64,000 bases of DNA from Actinomycetota bacterium (GTDB taxonomy: Bacteria; Actinomycetota; Acidimicrobiia; Spongiisociales; UBA5794), in contig JASJXX010000001.1 of NCBI GenBank assembly GCA_030123765.1, positions 21,210 to 85,209 of the forward strand, given 5' to 3'. Made by a program: the position numbers and the translations under genes. Position 1 is the first letter of the stretch, and the number at the start of each line of letters is the position of its first letter. The notes under the pieces are model-generated. The model was given only the letters and a program-made list of their open reading frames with translations, was not told the DNA's origin and searched no databases. This document shows, piece by piece, positions 8,954 through 19,400 of the stretch.

Positions 8954-9126
8954 GGCCCTTCCGTTGTCGATGGCCGATTGATACCACGGTGAGACGAAGA
9001 ACAGTTGATCCCACGGTGAGTTTGGTGTAAAACTCACGCGCAGACGGCGTGCCAAGACCGGCCGTATCATGCAATCGCGAAACGGGAAACCGATCTACCG
9101 ATGAACATCTGGAAGGTGGTACGACG

Positions 9127-10095
9127 ATGAAAGCGATAGTCGTCTCCGAGCCGGGTGGGCCGGAGAAGCTCGTCCTCACCGAGGTGCGCGACCCGATCCC
9201 GGGCGACGACGAGATCCTCGTCTCTGCCATAGCTGCCGGCGTCAACTTCATCGACACCTACCACCGCAGTGGGCTCTACCCGATGGATCTCCCCTTCACG
9301 CCGGGTCTGGAGGGTGCCGGGACGATCCTCGCCGTCGGGCCTGGCGTAGCCGCGCATCGACCGGGCGACGTAATCGCGTGGACCCGGGCGGTCGGCTCGT
9401 ACGCAGAGAAGGTCGTTGTTCCCTGCGACCAGGCGATCCCACTCCCCGACAACATCTCCCCCTCGACCGCGGCAGCACTGCTGCTCCAGGGGATCACCGC
9501 CCACTACCTCGCGACCGACACCTTCCCGCTGAGAGAGGGCGACCGATGCCTGATCCACGCGGGTGCGGGCGGCGTCGGCCTCCTCCTCACCCAGATCGCC
9601 AAGATGGCTGGCGCAGAGGTCTTCACCACGGTCGGATCGCAGGAGAAAGCCCTGCTCAGTGCCGGCGCCGGGGCCGACCACGTGATCCTGTACAACGACA
9701 CAGACTTCAAAGAAGCAGTCGAGCAGATCACCGGCTCTCGGGCAATCGACGTGATCTACGACGGAGTTGGGGCGGCGACGTTCCTGAAAGGACTCGACCT
9801 GCTTCGTACCCGAGGGATGATGGTGACCTTCGGCAATGCCTCCGGACCGCCTCCAGACATCTCCCCCCTGGCCCTGGCAGGAAAAGGATCCCTCTTCCTC
9901 ACCAGACCGACAATGGCCCACTATGTGGCCACTCGTCCGGAGCTGCTGTCACGGACACGCGACCTCTTCGACTGGGTCGCCGAGGGCAGACTCGACGTGA
10001 GGATCGGCGCGGAGTTCGCTCTCGCCGACGCCGCCGAAGCCCATCGTGCCTTGGAAGGCCGAAGCACCACCGGTAAAGTTCTCATCAGACCGTAA
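9127..10095 (+). CDS. qor: NADPH:quinone oxidoreductase (zinc-free MDR family)
   Basis: MKAIVVSEPGGPEKLVL...IHAGAGGVGLLLTQIAK...GKVLIRP. Confidence 0.8.
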   Translation: MKAIVVSEPGGPEKLVLTEVRDPIPGDDEILVSAIAAGVNFIDTYHRSGLYPMDLPFTPGLEGAGTILAVGPGVAAHRPGDVIAWTRAVGSYAEKVVVPCDQAIPLPDNISPSTAAALLLQGITAHYLATDTFPLREGDRCLIHAGAGGVGLLLTQIAKMAGAEVFTTVGSQEKALLSAGAGADHVILYNDTDFKEAVEQITGSRAIDVIYDGVGAATFLKGLDLLRTRGMMVTFGNASGPPPDISPLALAGKGSLFLTRPTMAHYVATRPELLSRTRDLFDWVAEGRLDVRIGAEFALADAAEAHRALEGRSTTGKVLIRP

Positions 10096-10147
10096 GCCAA
10101 GCCGCCAGGACGCCGGAGTTGGCGACGGGGACCAACCCCAAGTCAGA

Positions 10148-10173
10148 AGGTCGTTCGGTGTGAATCACGACCT
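10148..10173. terminator. Candidate bidirectional hairpin between the convergent qor and lipoprotein genes
   Basis: AGGTCGT-12 nt-ACGACCT, a 7-bp stem. Confidence 0.3.
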
Positions 10174-10182
10174 GTCCCCCTG

Positions 10183-12201
10183 TTACCTGTCTCCGGAGAA
10201 CGGGATCCAGGCGACATCGTCCAGCGTATCCAGATCGGATGCCAGCACGCCCATCTCCGAGAAGGTGAAGAGCGTTCCGCCAATGACGAGTGATCGATTG
10301 ATCGGCGCCGTCCATCCGGAGCACTCCTCACAGCCCGGGTCATTGACGTTCGGGTGGCGGATCTCACCGATCTGTTTCACCCGCTGGGGCGTCGCGGTCA
10401 CGACGACGGCGCCGGAGAAGTGGTCGTCCTTGCCGGTCCGCGCGTCCCACGACCAACGCTGCAGCGGCAACACCGCGATGCCTTCGGGCGCCCACCACAG
10501 GAAAGCTCGGTGGTCCCACTCGGCACCTGAGTGCGCGTCGTCGAACGTGAGCTTGGCGACGCGCCTCGGGTCGTTCGGATCGGAGACGTCAAAGACAGAG
10601 ACCTGGGTGCCGAGCATGCGGCCCCCGCTAGTCGCGTCCTGCCCGACGCCGAGGAGGAGGTCCTCACCGATCGGGTGCAGATACGCCGAGTATCCGTTGA
10701 TCTTCAACTCGCCCTTGAGCTGCGGATCGGTCGGGTCAGAGAGGTCAACGACGTACAGAGGGTCGACCTGACGGAACGTCACGACGTACGCCTTCTCCTG
10801 GATGAAGCGCACGGCGTAGACCCGCTCGTTCTTCCCGAGACCATCGACCGATCCGACCTCGACGAGCTCACCCCCACGACGCTGCATCGTGACGACCGCT
10901 GTATCGGGGACGTCCGACGAGCCCCACCACGGGTTCTCATCCGTCACCACGACCCGCAGCGTCCCCTCGTACTCATCCATCGACCACTGCGAGAGCAGCC
11001 GGCCCTCAACCTCACCCGATGCGACGTACCTGGCGGTTCTAGGGTTCGTGAGGTCAAACATGTGGATCTGGGTCCACAGGGAGTCCCGAGCGTCATCCCC
11101 TTGGAAACTCGCGGCGGGCCACACCATCCACGGTGACGTCGCAACGTACAGGTTCTCAGGTGATGCGTACACGGTCTGGCCTTCAGCGAGGAGGCCGATG
11201 CTGTTGCCAGGCTCGAGGCCGCTGTCGAGATCGATGGAGAGGATCGTCATCATCGAGAGACCTGCGAACTCGGTGGGATACCCGACCTGGTCACAGCCGA
11301 GGATCGCACCGTCCGAAGTGGTTCCTGCTCGGTGATCTTTGAGGACGTACCACGGAACCCAGTTCTCGATTGTCGAGTCCTCGATCAGCTTCTTGTTCGC
11401 TTCGACCGCTCTCTGCTCTGCTCTGATCCCGCCTCCCTCGGGGAACGCCCAGTCGAAACCGATCGGTCCCGAACGAACAACAACGCGGATCGTGCCGTCG
11501 GCCATACGCGAAGAGAGGATCGTCCCATCTAGCGTGAGGGTGCGGACGGTCTCCATGGAGGAGGGGTCGGACACATCGACCTCAGAGAGGACGACCCGCT
11601 GACTGTGTCCAGGCGCGATCCGAGAGACAGCGCCGCTAAAAGCCGGCTCGATGGCGTATCCACCGCCTGAGGTCATGACGAGTAGCCGGTCACCGGAGAG
11701 GAAGAGCTGCTGGCCCCAGCCCTCAAGGCGGATCGAGGCGACGATCTCGGGGGCGCCGGACGCGTCGATCCAGAACAGACGGCCCTGAGCAACGACGAAG
11801 ATGCGCTCCCCGTCCGTCTTGACGATGTCAGGCTCATCGATGCCCGCGACCTGCACGTTCGTCCCCGAGTAGTCGACACCCTCAACGGGAGCAGCACTCA
11901 CCCTCGACCCGCCGCCATCAGCTGAGACAGACTCCTCCGTCGCGAAGGAGACGCCACTGCTGAAGGCACCGTACGAGTCGAGTCCGTACGGTCCCACCCG
12001 CTCGATCGCGTGACGCTTCACATAGTCGAGGAAGTCGCCGCATGAGTCGAAGGGCCGCAACGCCGCGGCGGCGAAAGCCCGCTCTCCCGTAGGTCCCCGG
12101 CTCTCAATCGGTCGAGTGGTGGTAGTCGTGGTGGTGGTTGTTGCGTTACATGCTGTGAGCACCAGCCCGAGGGCCACCATCGTGATCGTCATCCGTCGCA
12201 T
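10183..12201 (-). CDS. Secreted lipoprotein with a poly-Thr linker and a beta-propeller-type domain (672 aa)
   Basis: Signal peptide with lipobox LTAC, then TTTTTTTTT. The large remainder resembles the Beta_propel / COG4880 family. Confidence 0.65.
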   Translation of the reverse strand: MRRMTITMVALGLVLTACNATTTTTTTTTRPIESRGPTGERAFAAAALRPFDSCGDFLDYVKRHAIERVGPYGLDSYGAFSSGVSFATEESVSADGGGSRVSAAPVEGVDYSGTNVQVAGIDEPDIVKTDGERIFVVAQGRLFWIDASGAPEIVASIRLEGWGQQLFLSGDRLLVMTSGGGYAIEPAFSGAVSRIAPGHSQRVVLSEVDVSDPSSMETVRTLTLDGTILSSRMADGTIRVVVRSGPIGFDWAFPEGGGIRAEQRAVEANKKLIEDSTIENWVPWYVLKDHRAGTTSDGAILGCDQVGYPTEFAGLSMMTILSIDLDSGLEPGNSIGLLAEGQTVYASPENLYVATSPWMVWPAASFQGDDARDSLWTQIHMFDLTNPRTARYVASGEVEGRLLSQWSMDEYEGTLRVVVTDENPWWGSSDVPDTAVVTMQRRGGELVEVGSVDGLGKNERVYAVRFIQEKAYVVTFRQVDPLYVVDLSDPTDPQLKGELKINGYSAYLHPIGEDLLLGVGQDATSGGRMLGTQVSVFDVSDPNDPRRVAKLTFDDAHSGAEWDHRAFLWWAPEGIAVLPLQRWSWDARTGKDDHFSGAVVVTATPQRVKQIGEIRHPNVNDPGCEECSGWTAPINRSLVIGGTLFTFSEMGVLASDLDTLDDVAWIPFSGDR

Positions 12202-12306
12202 GCGTCAAATCCTCTCAGTCGTCGACACTGAGACGCACGGGGAGCACGATGTGGTTCCGGCAGATTCTGGCGTCCCCAGACAGACGCGGAGCGAAGTCGT
12301 GAGTAG

Positions 12307-14127
12307 CTATCTCCGCTTCGCGCGCTTGCGCTCAGAGTCAGTGAGGAGAAGCTTCCTGACCCGGATCGAGGACGGGGTGACCTCCACGAGTTCGTCATCC
12401 GCTATCCACTCGATCGCGACTTCAAGGGTGACGTCACGTGGCGGCCTGAGGTTGATGGCTTCATCCGTCGAATGTGTCCGAATGTTGGTGAGTTGCTTTC
12501 CCTTGGTCGGGTTCACCGTCATGGTCTCAGGACGGGAAGCCTCCCCGATGATCATCCCCTCGTAGACCTCGACGCCCGGCCCGATGAGGAGCTCACCGCG
12601 CTTCTGTAGATTGTCGAGGGCGAACCCTGTCGACGTGCCCCGCCTGTCAGCCACCATCGCTCCGCCCTGGCGGGTAGGGAGGTCGCCCACCCACGGGATC
12701 CATCCCTCGTGGCGCTGATGCATCAGCGCCGTGCCGCGAGTGACCGTGAGGAGGAGAGACCTGAGTCCGAGCAGACCTCGCGTCGGGGCCGTGAACGTCA
12801 CGATCGTCCGGCCCGAATCTCCCGGCCTGAGTTCGGTGACGCGGCCCTTACGGGGAGCCACAACCTGGGTAACCGCACCAACATACTGCTCGGGTACATC
12901 GACCGTCACGCGCTCGACAGGCTCGTGCTTGACGCCGTCGATCTCCCTGACGATTACCTCAGGCCGGCTGACCTGAAGCTCGAAACCTTCACGTCGCATC
13001 GACTCGATCAGCACGCTGAGTTGCAATTCGCCGCGACCCGCTACCTCGGTCATCTCAGGAGACGACGTCTCAGCGATCCGGATCGATACGTTGCCGAGCA
13101 CTTCGCGTTCAAGACGGTCACGGATCTGGCGCGACGTCACGAATGTGCCCTCGGTGCCTGCCAGGGGAGACGTGTTGACACCGAACGTCATGCGCAGCAC
13201 CGGCTCGTCTACCTCGAGCCGCGGCAGGACTTCGATCGTCTCGGTGTCGGAGAACGTGTCGCCGATCCCGACATCGGGGAAACCAGCGACGACGAAGAGG
13301 TCGCCCGCTTGACGCTCATCGACGTTCTCCCTCCCGAGGTTCGCGAACCCCATGAGAGTGCCAATCTTCCGCACGATCGGAGGCTTGCCGTCGCCCTTTA
13401 GGAGCGCGACTCTCTCTCCTGCACGGAGTGTGCCTCTGATGACGCGCCCGATCGCGAGGCGTCCGAGATAGTCCGACGCATCGAGATTCGTCACGAGAGC
13501 TTGAAGCGGTGCGTCAGGATCGCCTTGTGGCGCCGGGAGTGCGTGGACGATTGCGTCGAGCACGGGACCGAGCGTGTCAGATGGCCCTGGCACGCCTATG
13601 CCTTCGATCGCCAGTCCTTTGCGCGCGATGACAGAGAGGATGGGGAACTCGATGTGGTGGTCTTCCGCTTCGAGGTCGAAAAACAGTTCGTATATCTCGT
13701 CCACGACCTCAGCGGTGCGAGCATCGGAGCGGTCAACCTTGTTCACCACTACGACGGCAGGGAGATGGCGCTCAAGAGCCTTAGAGAGCACATACCGCGT
13801 CTGGGGCATCGGCCCATCGGCCGCATCGACGAGAAGGAGGACACCGTCAACGAGCGCGAGCGCCCGCTCAACCTCGCCACCGAAGTCGGCGTGGCCGGGT
13901 GTATCAACCAGGTTGATCTTCGTCCCCTTCCACCCAATCGAAGCGGCCTTCGCGAGGATCGTGATGCCCCGCTCGCGTTCCTGGTCGCTTGAATCCATGA
14001 CGCGATCGACGGGTCGCTCATGGTCGGCGAAGACACCTGCGACGCGCAGCATGGCGTCGACGAGCGTCGTCTTGCCATGGTCGACGTGCGCGATGAGCGC
14101 GACATTGCGCAGAGAGAGGGAGGGCAT
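12307..14127 (-). CDS. typA: Translational GTPase TypA/BipA
   Basis: NVALIAHVDHGKTTLVD...DTPGHADFGGEVER...NKVDR; 606 aa with the EF-G-like domain layout. Confidence 0.95.
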   Translation of the reverse strand: MPSLSLRNVALIAHVDHGKTTLVDAMLRVAGVFADHERPVDRVMDSSDQERERGITILAKAASIGWKGTKINLVDTPGHADFGGEVERALALVDGVLLLVDAADGPMPQTRYVLSKALERHLPAVVVVNKVDRSDARTAEVVDEIYELFFDLEAEDHHIEFPILSVIARKGLAIEGIGVPGPSDTLGPVLDAIVHALPAPQGDPDAPLQALVTNLDASDYLGRLAIGRVIRGTLRAGERVALLKGDGKPPIVRKIGTLMGFANLGRENVDERQAGDLFVVAGFPDVGIGDTFSDTETIEVLPRLEVDEPVLRMTFGVNTSPLAGTEGTFVTSRQIRDRLEREVLGNVSIRIAETSSPEMTEVAGRGELQLSVLIESMRREGFELQVSRPEVIVREIDGVKHEPVERVTVDVPEQYVGAVTQVVAPRKGRVTELRPGDSGRTIVTFTAPTRGLLGLRSLLLTVTRGTALMHQRHEGWIPWVGDLPTRQGGAMVADRRGTSTGFALDNLQKRGELLIGPGVEVYEGMIIGEASRPETMTVNPTKGKQLTNIRTHSTDEAINLRPPRDVTLEVAIEWIADDELVEVTPSSIRVRKLLLTDSERKRAKRR

Positions 14128-14166
14128 ATCAGAAGGGTACAGGTATCGGGCGCCAGGTGTCAGGCA

Positions 14167-15123
14167 TCAGGCGTGCTCGGGTTCGATGGAACCCATCAGA
14201 CCGGCGTTGTAATCGTCGAAGGCCTTGTAGATCTCGGCCTTCGTGTTCATCACGAACGGCCCGTACCGGACGACCGGCTCACGCAGCAGCTCCGCGATGC
14301 CAACGAGCATCTCGACACCCTCCCCTCCTGCCTCAAAGGCTATGGCACCCGGCTCGGCGTCGAAGAAGACCGAGTCGCCTTCGATGACGGCGTGCTGTGA
14401 GGGGAGGATCGTGGCATCTCCGCCGAAGACATAGAGGAACGCGATCTGATCACTCGGAGCATCGAGCACGGTGCTCGCACCGGGCCGAAGCGACACATGG
14501 ACGTAGGTGACCGGGAGGAACGTCTCTGCGGCGCCCTGAGTGCCGTACGCCTCACCGGCGATCACCACAGCCTGGCCTCCACCGATGTCGACGACGGGTA
14601 TGCGGTCCCTCGTGAGGTCCTGATATCGCGGTCGGTGCATCTTGGCTGCCTGGGGTAGGTTCACCCAGAGTTGGAAACCGTGCACACGCCCGCCGTTGCG
14701 AAGGATCTTCTCTGTCGGCAGTTCTGAATGGACGATCCCCGCGCCTGCGGTCATCCACTGGACCTCACCGGGGTGGATCACACCACGATTGCCGACAGAG
14801 TCGGCGTGTTCGATCTCACCGTCGAGGAGGTAGGTGACGGTCTCGAAGCCGCGGTGTGGGTGATCGGGTGCACCTCTGGCCTCGCCCGGAGCGTTCTCCG
14901 TCGGCCCGATCTCGTCGAGGAGAAGGAACGGGCCGTAATGGTCGACAGAACTTGTGGGGAACGGCCGTCTCACAGCGAAACCGGCTCCCTCGAGAGCACG
15001 GATCGAAGGGATCACCGCGGTGGGCGTTCGCGAGGCAGTGGACGTGTGCACAGTGATGGCATAACAACCGGGTCCGCACGATATTCCGTCGGCCGCTGTG
15101 TGCGGCCGCGAAATACTACGCAC
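14167..15123 (-). CDS. Pirin-family protein (cupin), start uncertain
   Basis: GPFLLLDE...HPHRGFETVTYLLDGEIEHADS...GDVQWMTAG motifs. Confidence 0.75.
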   Translation of the reverse strand: MRSISRPHTAADGISCGPGCYAITVHTSTASRTPTAVIPSIRALEGAGFAVRRPFPTSSVDHYGPFLLLDEIGPTENAPGEARGAPDHPHRGFETVTYLLDGEIEHADSVGNRGVIHPGEVQWMTAGAGIVHSELPTEKILRNGGRVHGFQLWVNLPQAAKMHRPRYQDLTRDRIPVVDIGGGQAVVIAGEAYGTQGAAETFLPVTYVHVSLRPGASTVLDAPSDQIAFLYVFGGDATILPSQHAVIEGDSVFFDAEPGAIAFEAGGEGVEMLVGIAELLREPVVRYGPFVMNTKAEIYKAFDDYNAGLMGSIEPEHA

Positions 15124-15164
15124 GCAGCGAGCGTTGCACCTCTGCGGTCAAAGAAAGGAACGCG

Positions 15165-15563
15165 ATGTCAGACTGGAATGTGGGAGTCGTCGACGAATTC
15201 AGGGCGAACGAGGGTCGGGTGGGAGGCATGTTCGAGGGAGCACCGCTCCTGATCCTCCACACGATCGGGGCACGGAGCGGACTCGACCGCGAGACGCCGC
15301 TGATGTATCTCTCGCTCAACGAACGGCTCTACGTATTCGCATCCAAAGCCGGTGCAGACACGCATCCCGACTGGTACCACAACGCCAAGGCCAACCCGTC
15401 GGTCTCCATCGAGATCGGCACGAACACGATCACCAAGACAGCCGTTGAACTCGACCGTGCCGAACGGGACACCATCTTCTCTGAGCAGGCGAGCCGGTTC
15501 CCCCAGTTTGACGAGTACGCGGCCGGAACCGACCGCGTGATCCCCGTCATCGAACTGAAGTAA
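15165..15563 (+). CDS. Deazaflavin(F420)-dependent nitroreductase-family protein (DUF385, Ddn-like)
   Basis: 132 aa; ...GAPLLILHTIGARSGLDRETPLMY...YVFASKAGADTHPDWYHN... is typical of this family. Confidence 0.75.
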   Translation: MSDWNVGVVDEFRANEGRVGGMFEGAPLLILHTIGARSGLDRETPLMYLSLNERLYVFASKAGADTHPDWYHNAKANPSVSIEIGTNTITKTAVELDRAERDTIFSEQASRFPQFDEYAAGTDRVIPVIELK

Positions 15564-15592
15564 CCCCCGAACCCCGCGCCAGAACGAACGGG

Positions 15593-17128
15593 TCAGCCGA
15601 AGTCGATGCCCTGGGCGAGGGGGAGTTCCTTCGACCAGTTGATCGTGACCGTCTGACGCCGCATGTAGACCTTCCAGGAATCCGACCCGGATTCGCGTCC
15701 GCCGCCAGTCTCTTTCTCCCCCCCGAACGCTCCACCGATCTCAGCCCCTGAGGTGCCGATGTTGACGTTCGCTATGCCGCAGTCGGACCCCTCTGGTGAG
15801 AGGAAGAGCTCGGAGTTCCGCACAGAGTCCGTGAAGATGGCGGACGACAGGCCCTGGGGGACACCGTTCTGGACAGTGATCGCTCCCTCGACCGAGTCGA
15901 TCTCGATGATGTACATGATGGGCCCGAACGTCTCGGTCTGAACAATTGGAGCGTCGGCAGGGATCTTTACGATTATCGGTTCGAGGAAGAAACCCGTCCG
16001 GTCGGGCTCGCCCCCTCCGACAAGCAGCTCACCACCCTGCTCAAGTGCAATGGCGAGAGCAGCCTTCGTCGTGTCAACCGCAGCCTGGTCCACGAGCGGC
16101 CCGACCAGTGTGTCCTCGTCGAGGGGGTCTCCCAGCCGGATCTGACTGAACGCTCCAACGAGGCGGTCCGAGAGTTCGTCCATGACATCTTTGTGGACGA
16201 GGAGCCTGCGCAGGGATGTGCAGCGCTGGCCGGTCGTGCCCGCAGCGGAGAAGAGCGTCGCCCGGACCACCATGTCGAGGTCGGCGTCATCCATCACGAT
16301 GATGGCATTGTTCCCTCCGAGCTCCAGGAGCGAGCGACCGAGCCGCTTCGCAACCTCGGTACCGATCTGGCGACCCATCCGAACTGAACCGGTTGCGGAG
16401 ATGAGCGGCAGTCGTACATCACTGACCATCGCTGCACCGACGGGATCAACGCGGCCCACGGTCAGGTTGAAGACGGCCTCGAATCCGGAGCCCTCCATCA
16501 CGCCGTGGACGATGTTCGTGACGGCGACGGCGCTGAGGGGAGTCACATGGGACGGTTTCCAGATCATCGTGTCTCCGCAGACGGCGGCGAGGAGCGCGTT
16601 CCAGGACCAGACGGCTACCGGGAAATTGAAGGAGGAGATGATCCCGATCGTGCCGAGGGGTTGCCACTGCTCGTACATCCTGTGGCGCGGCCTCTCGGAT
16701 GCGATCGTGAGTCCGTAGAGCTGTCTCGAGAGGCCGACGGCGAAGTCGGCGATGTCGATCATCTCCTGGACTTCACCCTCGCCTTCAACCCGGATCTTCC
16801 CCGTCTCCATCGAGACAAGGGCGCCGAGCGGCTCCTTGTATTCACGCAGAGCGTTGCCAATCAGCCGAACGTAGTTGCCGCGCTCGGGGGCAGGGATCAC
16901 TCGCCACTCGATGAAAGCCGCCTGGGCTGCCGTGACGGCTGCTTCATAGTCGGAGGCGTCTGCCTCGCGCACGGTTCCGATCACCTCTTCGGTCGTCGGA
17001 TCTACCGACGCGACCAGAGATCCGTTCCCTTCGAGCCAGCCGCCGGCGTACACACCTGACGACTCCGGGTCGACACCGAGTGCTGTGAGAACTGCGTCGC
17101 GTTTCATCTGAACTCCTTCGTTCCTCAT
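15593..17128 (-). CDS. Aldehyde dehydrogenase family 7 (piperideine-6-carboxylate / aminoadipate-semialdehyde dehydrogenase-like)
   Basis: ELGGNNAIIV and GQRCTS catalytic motifs with ALDH7-like blocks. An alternative start exists at 17107 (MKRDAVL). Confidence 0.85.
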   Translation of the reverse strand: MRNEGVQMKRDAVLTALGVDPESSGVYAGGWLEGNGSLVASVDPTTEEVIGTVREADASDYEAAVTAAQAAFIEWRVIPAPERGNYVRLIGNALREYKEPLGALVSMETGKIRVEGEGEVQEMIDIADFAVGLSRQLYGLTIASERPRHRMYEQWQPLGTIGIISSFNFPVAVWSWNALLAAVCGDTMIWKPSHVTPLSAVAVTNIVHGVMEGSGFEAVFNLTVGRVDPVGAAMVSDVRLPLISATGSVRMGRQIGTEVAKRLGRSLLELGGNNAIIVMDDADLDMVVRATLFSAAGTTGQRCTSLRRLLVHKDVMDELSDRLVGAFSQIRLGDPLDEDTLVGPLVDQAAVDTTKAALAIALEQGGELLVGGGEPDRTGFFLEPIIVKIPADAPIVQTETFGPIMYIIEIDSVEGAITVQNGVPQGLSSAIFTDSVRNSELFLSPEGSDCGIANVNIGTSGAEIGGAFGGEKETGGGRESGSDSWKVYMRRQTVTINWSKELPLAQGIDFG

Positions 17129-17178
17129 CCTTGCGTAACTGAGTCCCGCCTCACGGTCGTGAGTCGCGCAAGGTACGG

Positions 17179-17559
17179 TTAGCGGGCAGCGATACTCTCG
17201 ATCTCGACGAGGAATCCGCCCGGGAGCGCTCCGGCCTGAATCGTAGAACGAGCCGGGCGTGACTCTCCAACGTACTCGCCGTATACCTCGTTGACCGTTG
17301 GATAGTCAGCAATGTCCGCCACGAAGATCGTGGTCTTGACAATGTCGTCGAAGGTGAGGCCTACGTCACGAAGGACCCCACCAATGTTCTGCATCACCTG
17401 ATGAGTCTGTGCAGCGACGTCACCCTCGACGGGATCGCCTGTTGCAGGGACGAGAGCCACCATCCCCGACAGGAACACGAATCCGTTGGCTTCGGTGACG
17501 ATGCTGTACGGGCCGAGAGGAGCCGGGCCGCTCGGCGCGTCATGGATGGTCTTGGGCAT
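17179..17559 (-). CDS. ridA: RidA/YjgF-family reactive-intermediate deaminase
   Basis: 126 aa; PAPLGPYSIVTEANGFVFLSG...TTIFVADIADY... Confidence 0.85.
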   Translation of the reverse strand: MPKTIHDAPSGPAPLGPYSIVTEANGFVFLSGMVALVPATGDPVEGDVAAQTHQVMQNIGGVLRDVGLTFDDIVKTTIFVADIADYPTVNEVYGEYVGESRPARSTIQAGALPGGFLVEIESIAAR

Positions 17560-17665
17560 GTGGCATCCTCAATCTGTCGCGTGGCGTTCACACAGATTGT
17601 GGCAGAAGTGAGAGCGGAGACTTCGAATTCTGAGTCTTCGCAGAGAGCGTCGGCGGGCGATCAGG

Positions 17666-18019
17666 TCAGCTGAAGCTCTTGCCACAGCCGCAGGTGCCCG
17701 AGACATTGGGATTCTCGATCGCGAACCCGGCCCCGGCCAATCCGTCGTCCTTGAAATCGACGATCGCGCCCGTGACCATCGATACGCTCGCGGCATCGAC
17801 CACGACCTTGACCCCGTCGGTCTCATTCACGATGTCCGACGGATCGATTGCAGAATCGAAGAACATGTCGTACGCGTACCCTGAGCAGCCTGACCGCTTC
17901 ACTCCGACGCGCAGAGCCATGTCTTTGTCACCTTCAGAAGCGATGAGCTCCTTGACCTTTGCAGCAGCGCTTGAGGTCAGTGTGACACCTTGCAGCTGAG
18001 CGATGTTGGGAGAAGTCAT
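17666..18019 (-). CDS. Fe-S cluster assembly A-type carrier (IscA/ErpA/HesB family)
   Basis: C-terminal SGTCGCGKSF motif. Start set at MTSPNI (GGAGG five nt upstream). The track's longer ORF is a 5' extension. Confidence 0.8.
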   Translation of the reverse strand: MTSPNIAQLQGVTLTSSAAAKVKELIASEGDKDMALRVGVKRSGCSGYAYDMFFDSAIDPSDIVNETDGVKVVVDAASVSMVTGAIVDFKDDGLAGAGFAIENPNVSGTCGCGKSFS

Positions 18020-18127
18020 TCGGGCCTCCGTCGTCATGAGTGTGTTCCGACCACCATGATAGTGGAATCTCTCGGATTTTACCACGAAACGTTTGCGGGA
18101 CGTCGACGTCCCGATACTCTTCACCTC

Positions 18128-19243
18128 ATGGTCACAGCAGCTGAGATTCGGGTCGCGCTCGCCAATGTGATCGATCCTGAACTCCACACCGACATCGTTG
18201 ACCTTGGCATGGTGGGGGAGATCGTGATCACCGATCGTGATGTCGAAGTTGGGATCGCGCTTACGATCGCCTCATGCCCGATGCGCGGCCAGATCGAAGC
18301 CGATGTGGAGCGGCGGGTTGCGTCGCTTCCCGGGGTCGACAAGGTGACGATCGCCATGTCGGTCATGTCCCAGGAGCAGCGCTCAACGCTCATGGAGCGG
18401 GCCCGCAAGCGAGCACGCGAGACCGCAAAGCCCACAGCCGTCTCACCGTCGACTCGCGTGATCGCAGTCAGCAGTGGAAAGGGCGGCGTAGGCAAGTCGT
18501 CCTTGAGCGTCAACCTCGCTCTCGCCATCACCAATCTCGGCCACAGCGTCGGACTCCTCGACGCGGATATCTGGGGCTTCTCAGCTCCCCGGATGCTCGG
18601 TGTTGTAGAGACACGGCTCAACGCGAACGCAGACCGCAAGATCGTTCCGACCGAGGCATACGGCATTCATCTCGTGTCGACGGGTCTCCTGCTTGAGAAC
18701 GAGGAGACGGCGCTCATGTGGCGAGGCCTGATGTTGAGCAAGGCGGTAGAGCAGTTCCTCAACGACGTGGCATGGCCCTCCGACCTCGGCTATCTCGTTA
18801 TCGACATGCCTCCCGGCACAGGTGACGTCCAGATGGCGCTCGCCCGGCTACTCCCCCAGGCTGAGATGGTTGTGGTCACCACACCCCAGATCGCCGCTCA
18901 GAAGGTCGCGTCAAGAGTCGCGGACATGGCCCGCAGATCGCACATGCCGATCATCGGCGTGGTCGAGAACATGGCTGGCTTCACGACAGAGGACGGCACC
19001 CGCCACGACATCTTCGGATCTGGCGGGGGAGCATCGCTCGCCAACGACCTCGGCGTTGAGCTGCTCGGGTCGATCCCCATCGATCCAGACGTCGCTTCCG
19101 GGGGTGACTCGGGTGACCCGGTCGTGATTGCGCAGCCCGAGGGCTTCGCAGGGGCAGCGATCATCGCAATCGCGGCGCGTGTCGTCGAGATCCTGCCTCC
19201 CCTCCAGCTCGACTCCTGCATCGGGCGCCTCAGCGCGCTGTGA
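18128..19243 (+). CDS. apbC: Mrp/ApbC-family Fe-S cluster carrier ATPase
   Basis: N-terminal DUF59-like segment, Walker A SGKGGVGKSS and a CxxC motif. Start at MVTAAEIRVAL. Confidence 0.85.
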   Translation: MVTAAEIRVALANVIDPELHTDIVDLGMVGEIVITDRDVEVGIALTIASCPMRGQIEADVERRVASLPGVDKVTIAMSVMSQEQRSTLMERARKRARETAKPTAVSPSTRVIAVSSGKGGVGKSSLSVNLALAITNLGHSVGLLDADIWGFSAPRMLGVVETRLNANADRKIVPTEAYGIHLVSTGLLLENEETALMWRGLMLSKAVEQFLNDVAWPSDLGYLVIDMPPGTGDVQMALARLLPQAEMVVVTTPQIAAQKVASRVADMARRSHMPIIGVVENMAGFTTEDGTRHDIFGSGGGASLANDLGVELLGSIPIDPDVASGGDSGDPVVIAQPEGFAGAAIIAIAARVVEILPPLQLDSCIGRLSAL

Positions 19244-19400
19244 GCGGAGACCTGACTCCCTCCAACAGCCCCCTCGCCCTTGATCGAGACCGCCCACACC
19301 CTCCCCACAGCAATCAACAGCCTGTGCAGCCCGGGGGGAGGACCAGAGTCTCCAAGAATCCCAGGGCGCACCGGACCATGACTCAGGAGGGCGGCGTGCC

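Noticed and set aside
9019-9037. Second HAIR-like element (TGAGT...ACTCA) in the mgsA/qor intergenic region
   Set aside because: The spacer is 10 nt rather than the 7 required for HspR binding. It is reported only as a generic hairpin.
12116-12565. ORFs of the MVVVVVVVV type (also 19807-20082)
   Set aside because: They are antisense translations of the poly-Thr codon repeats inside real genes.
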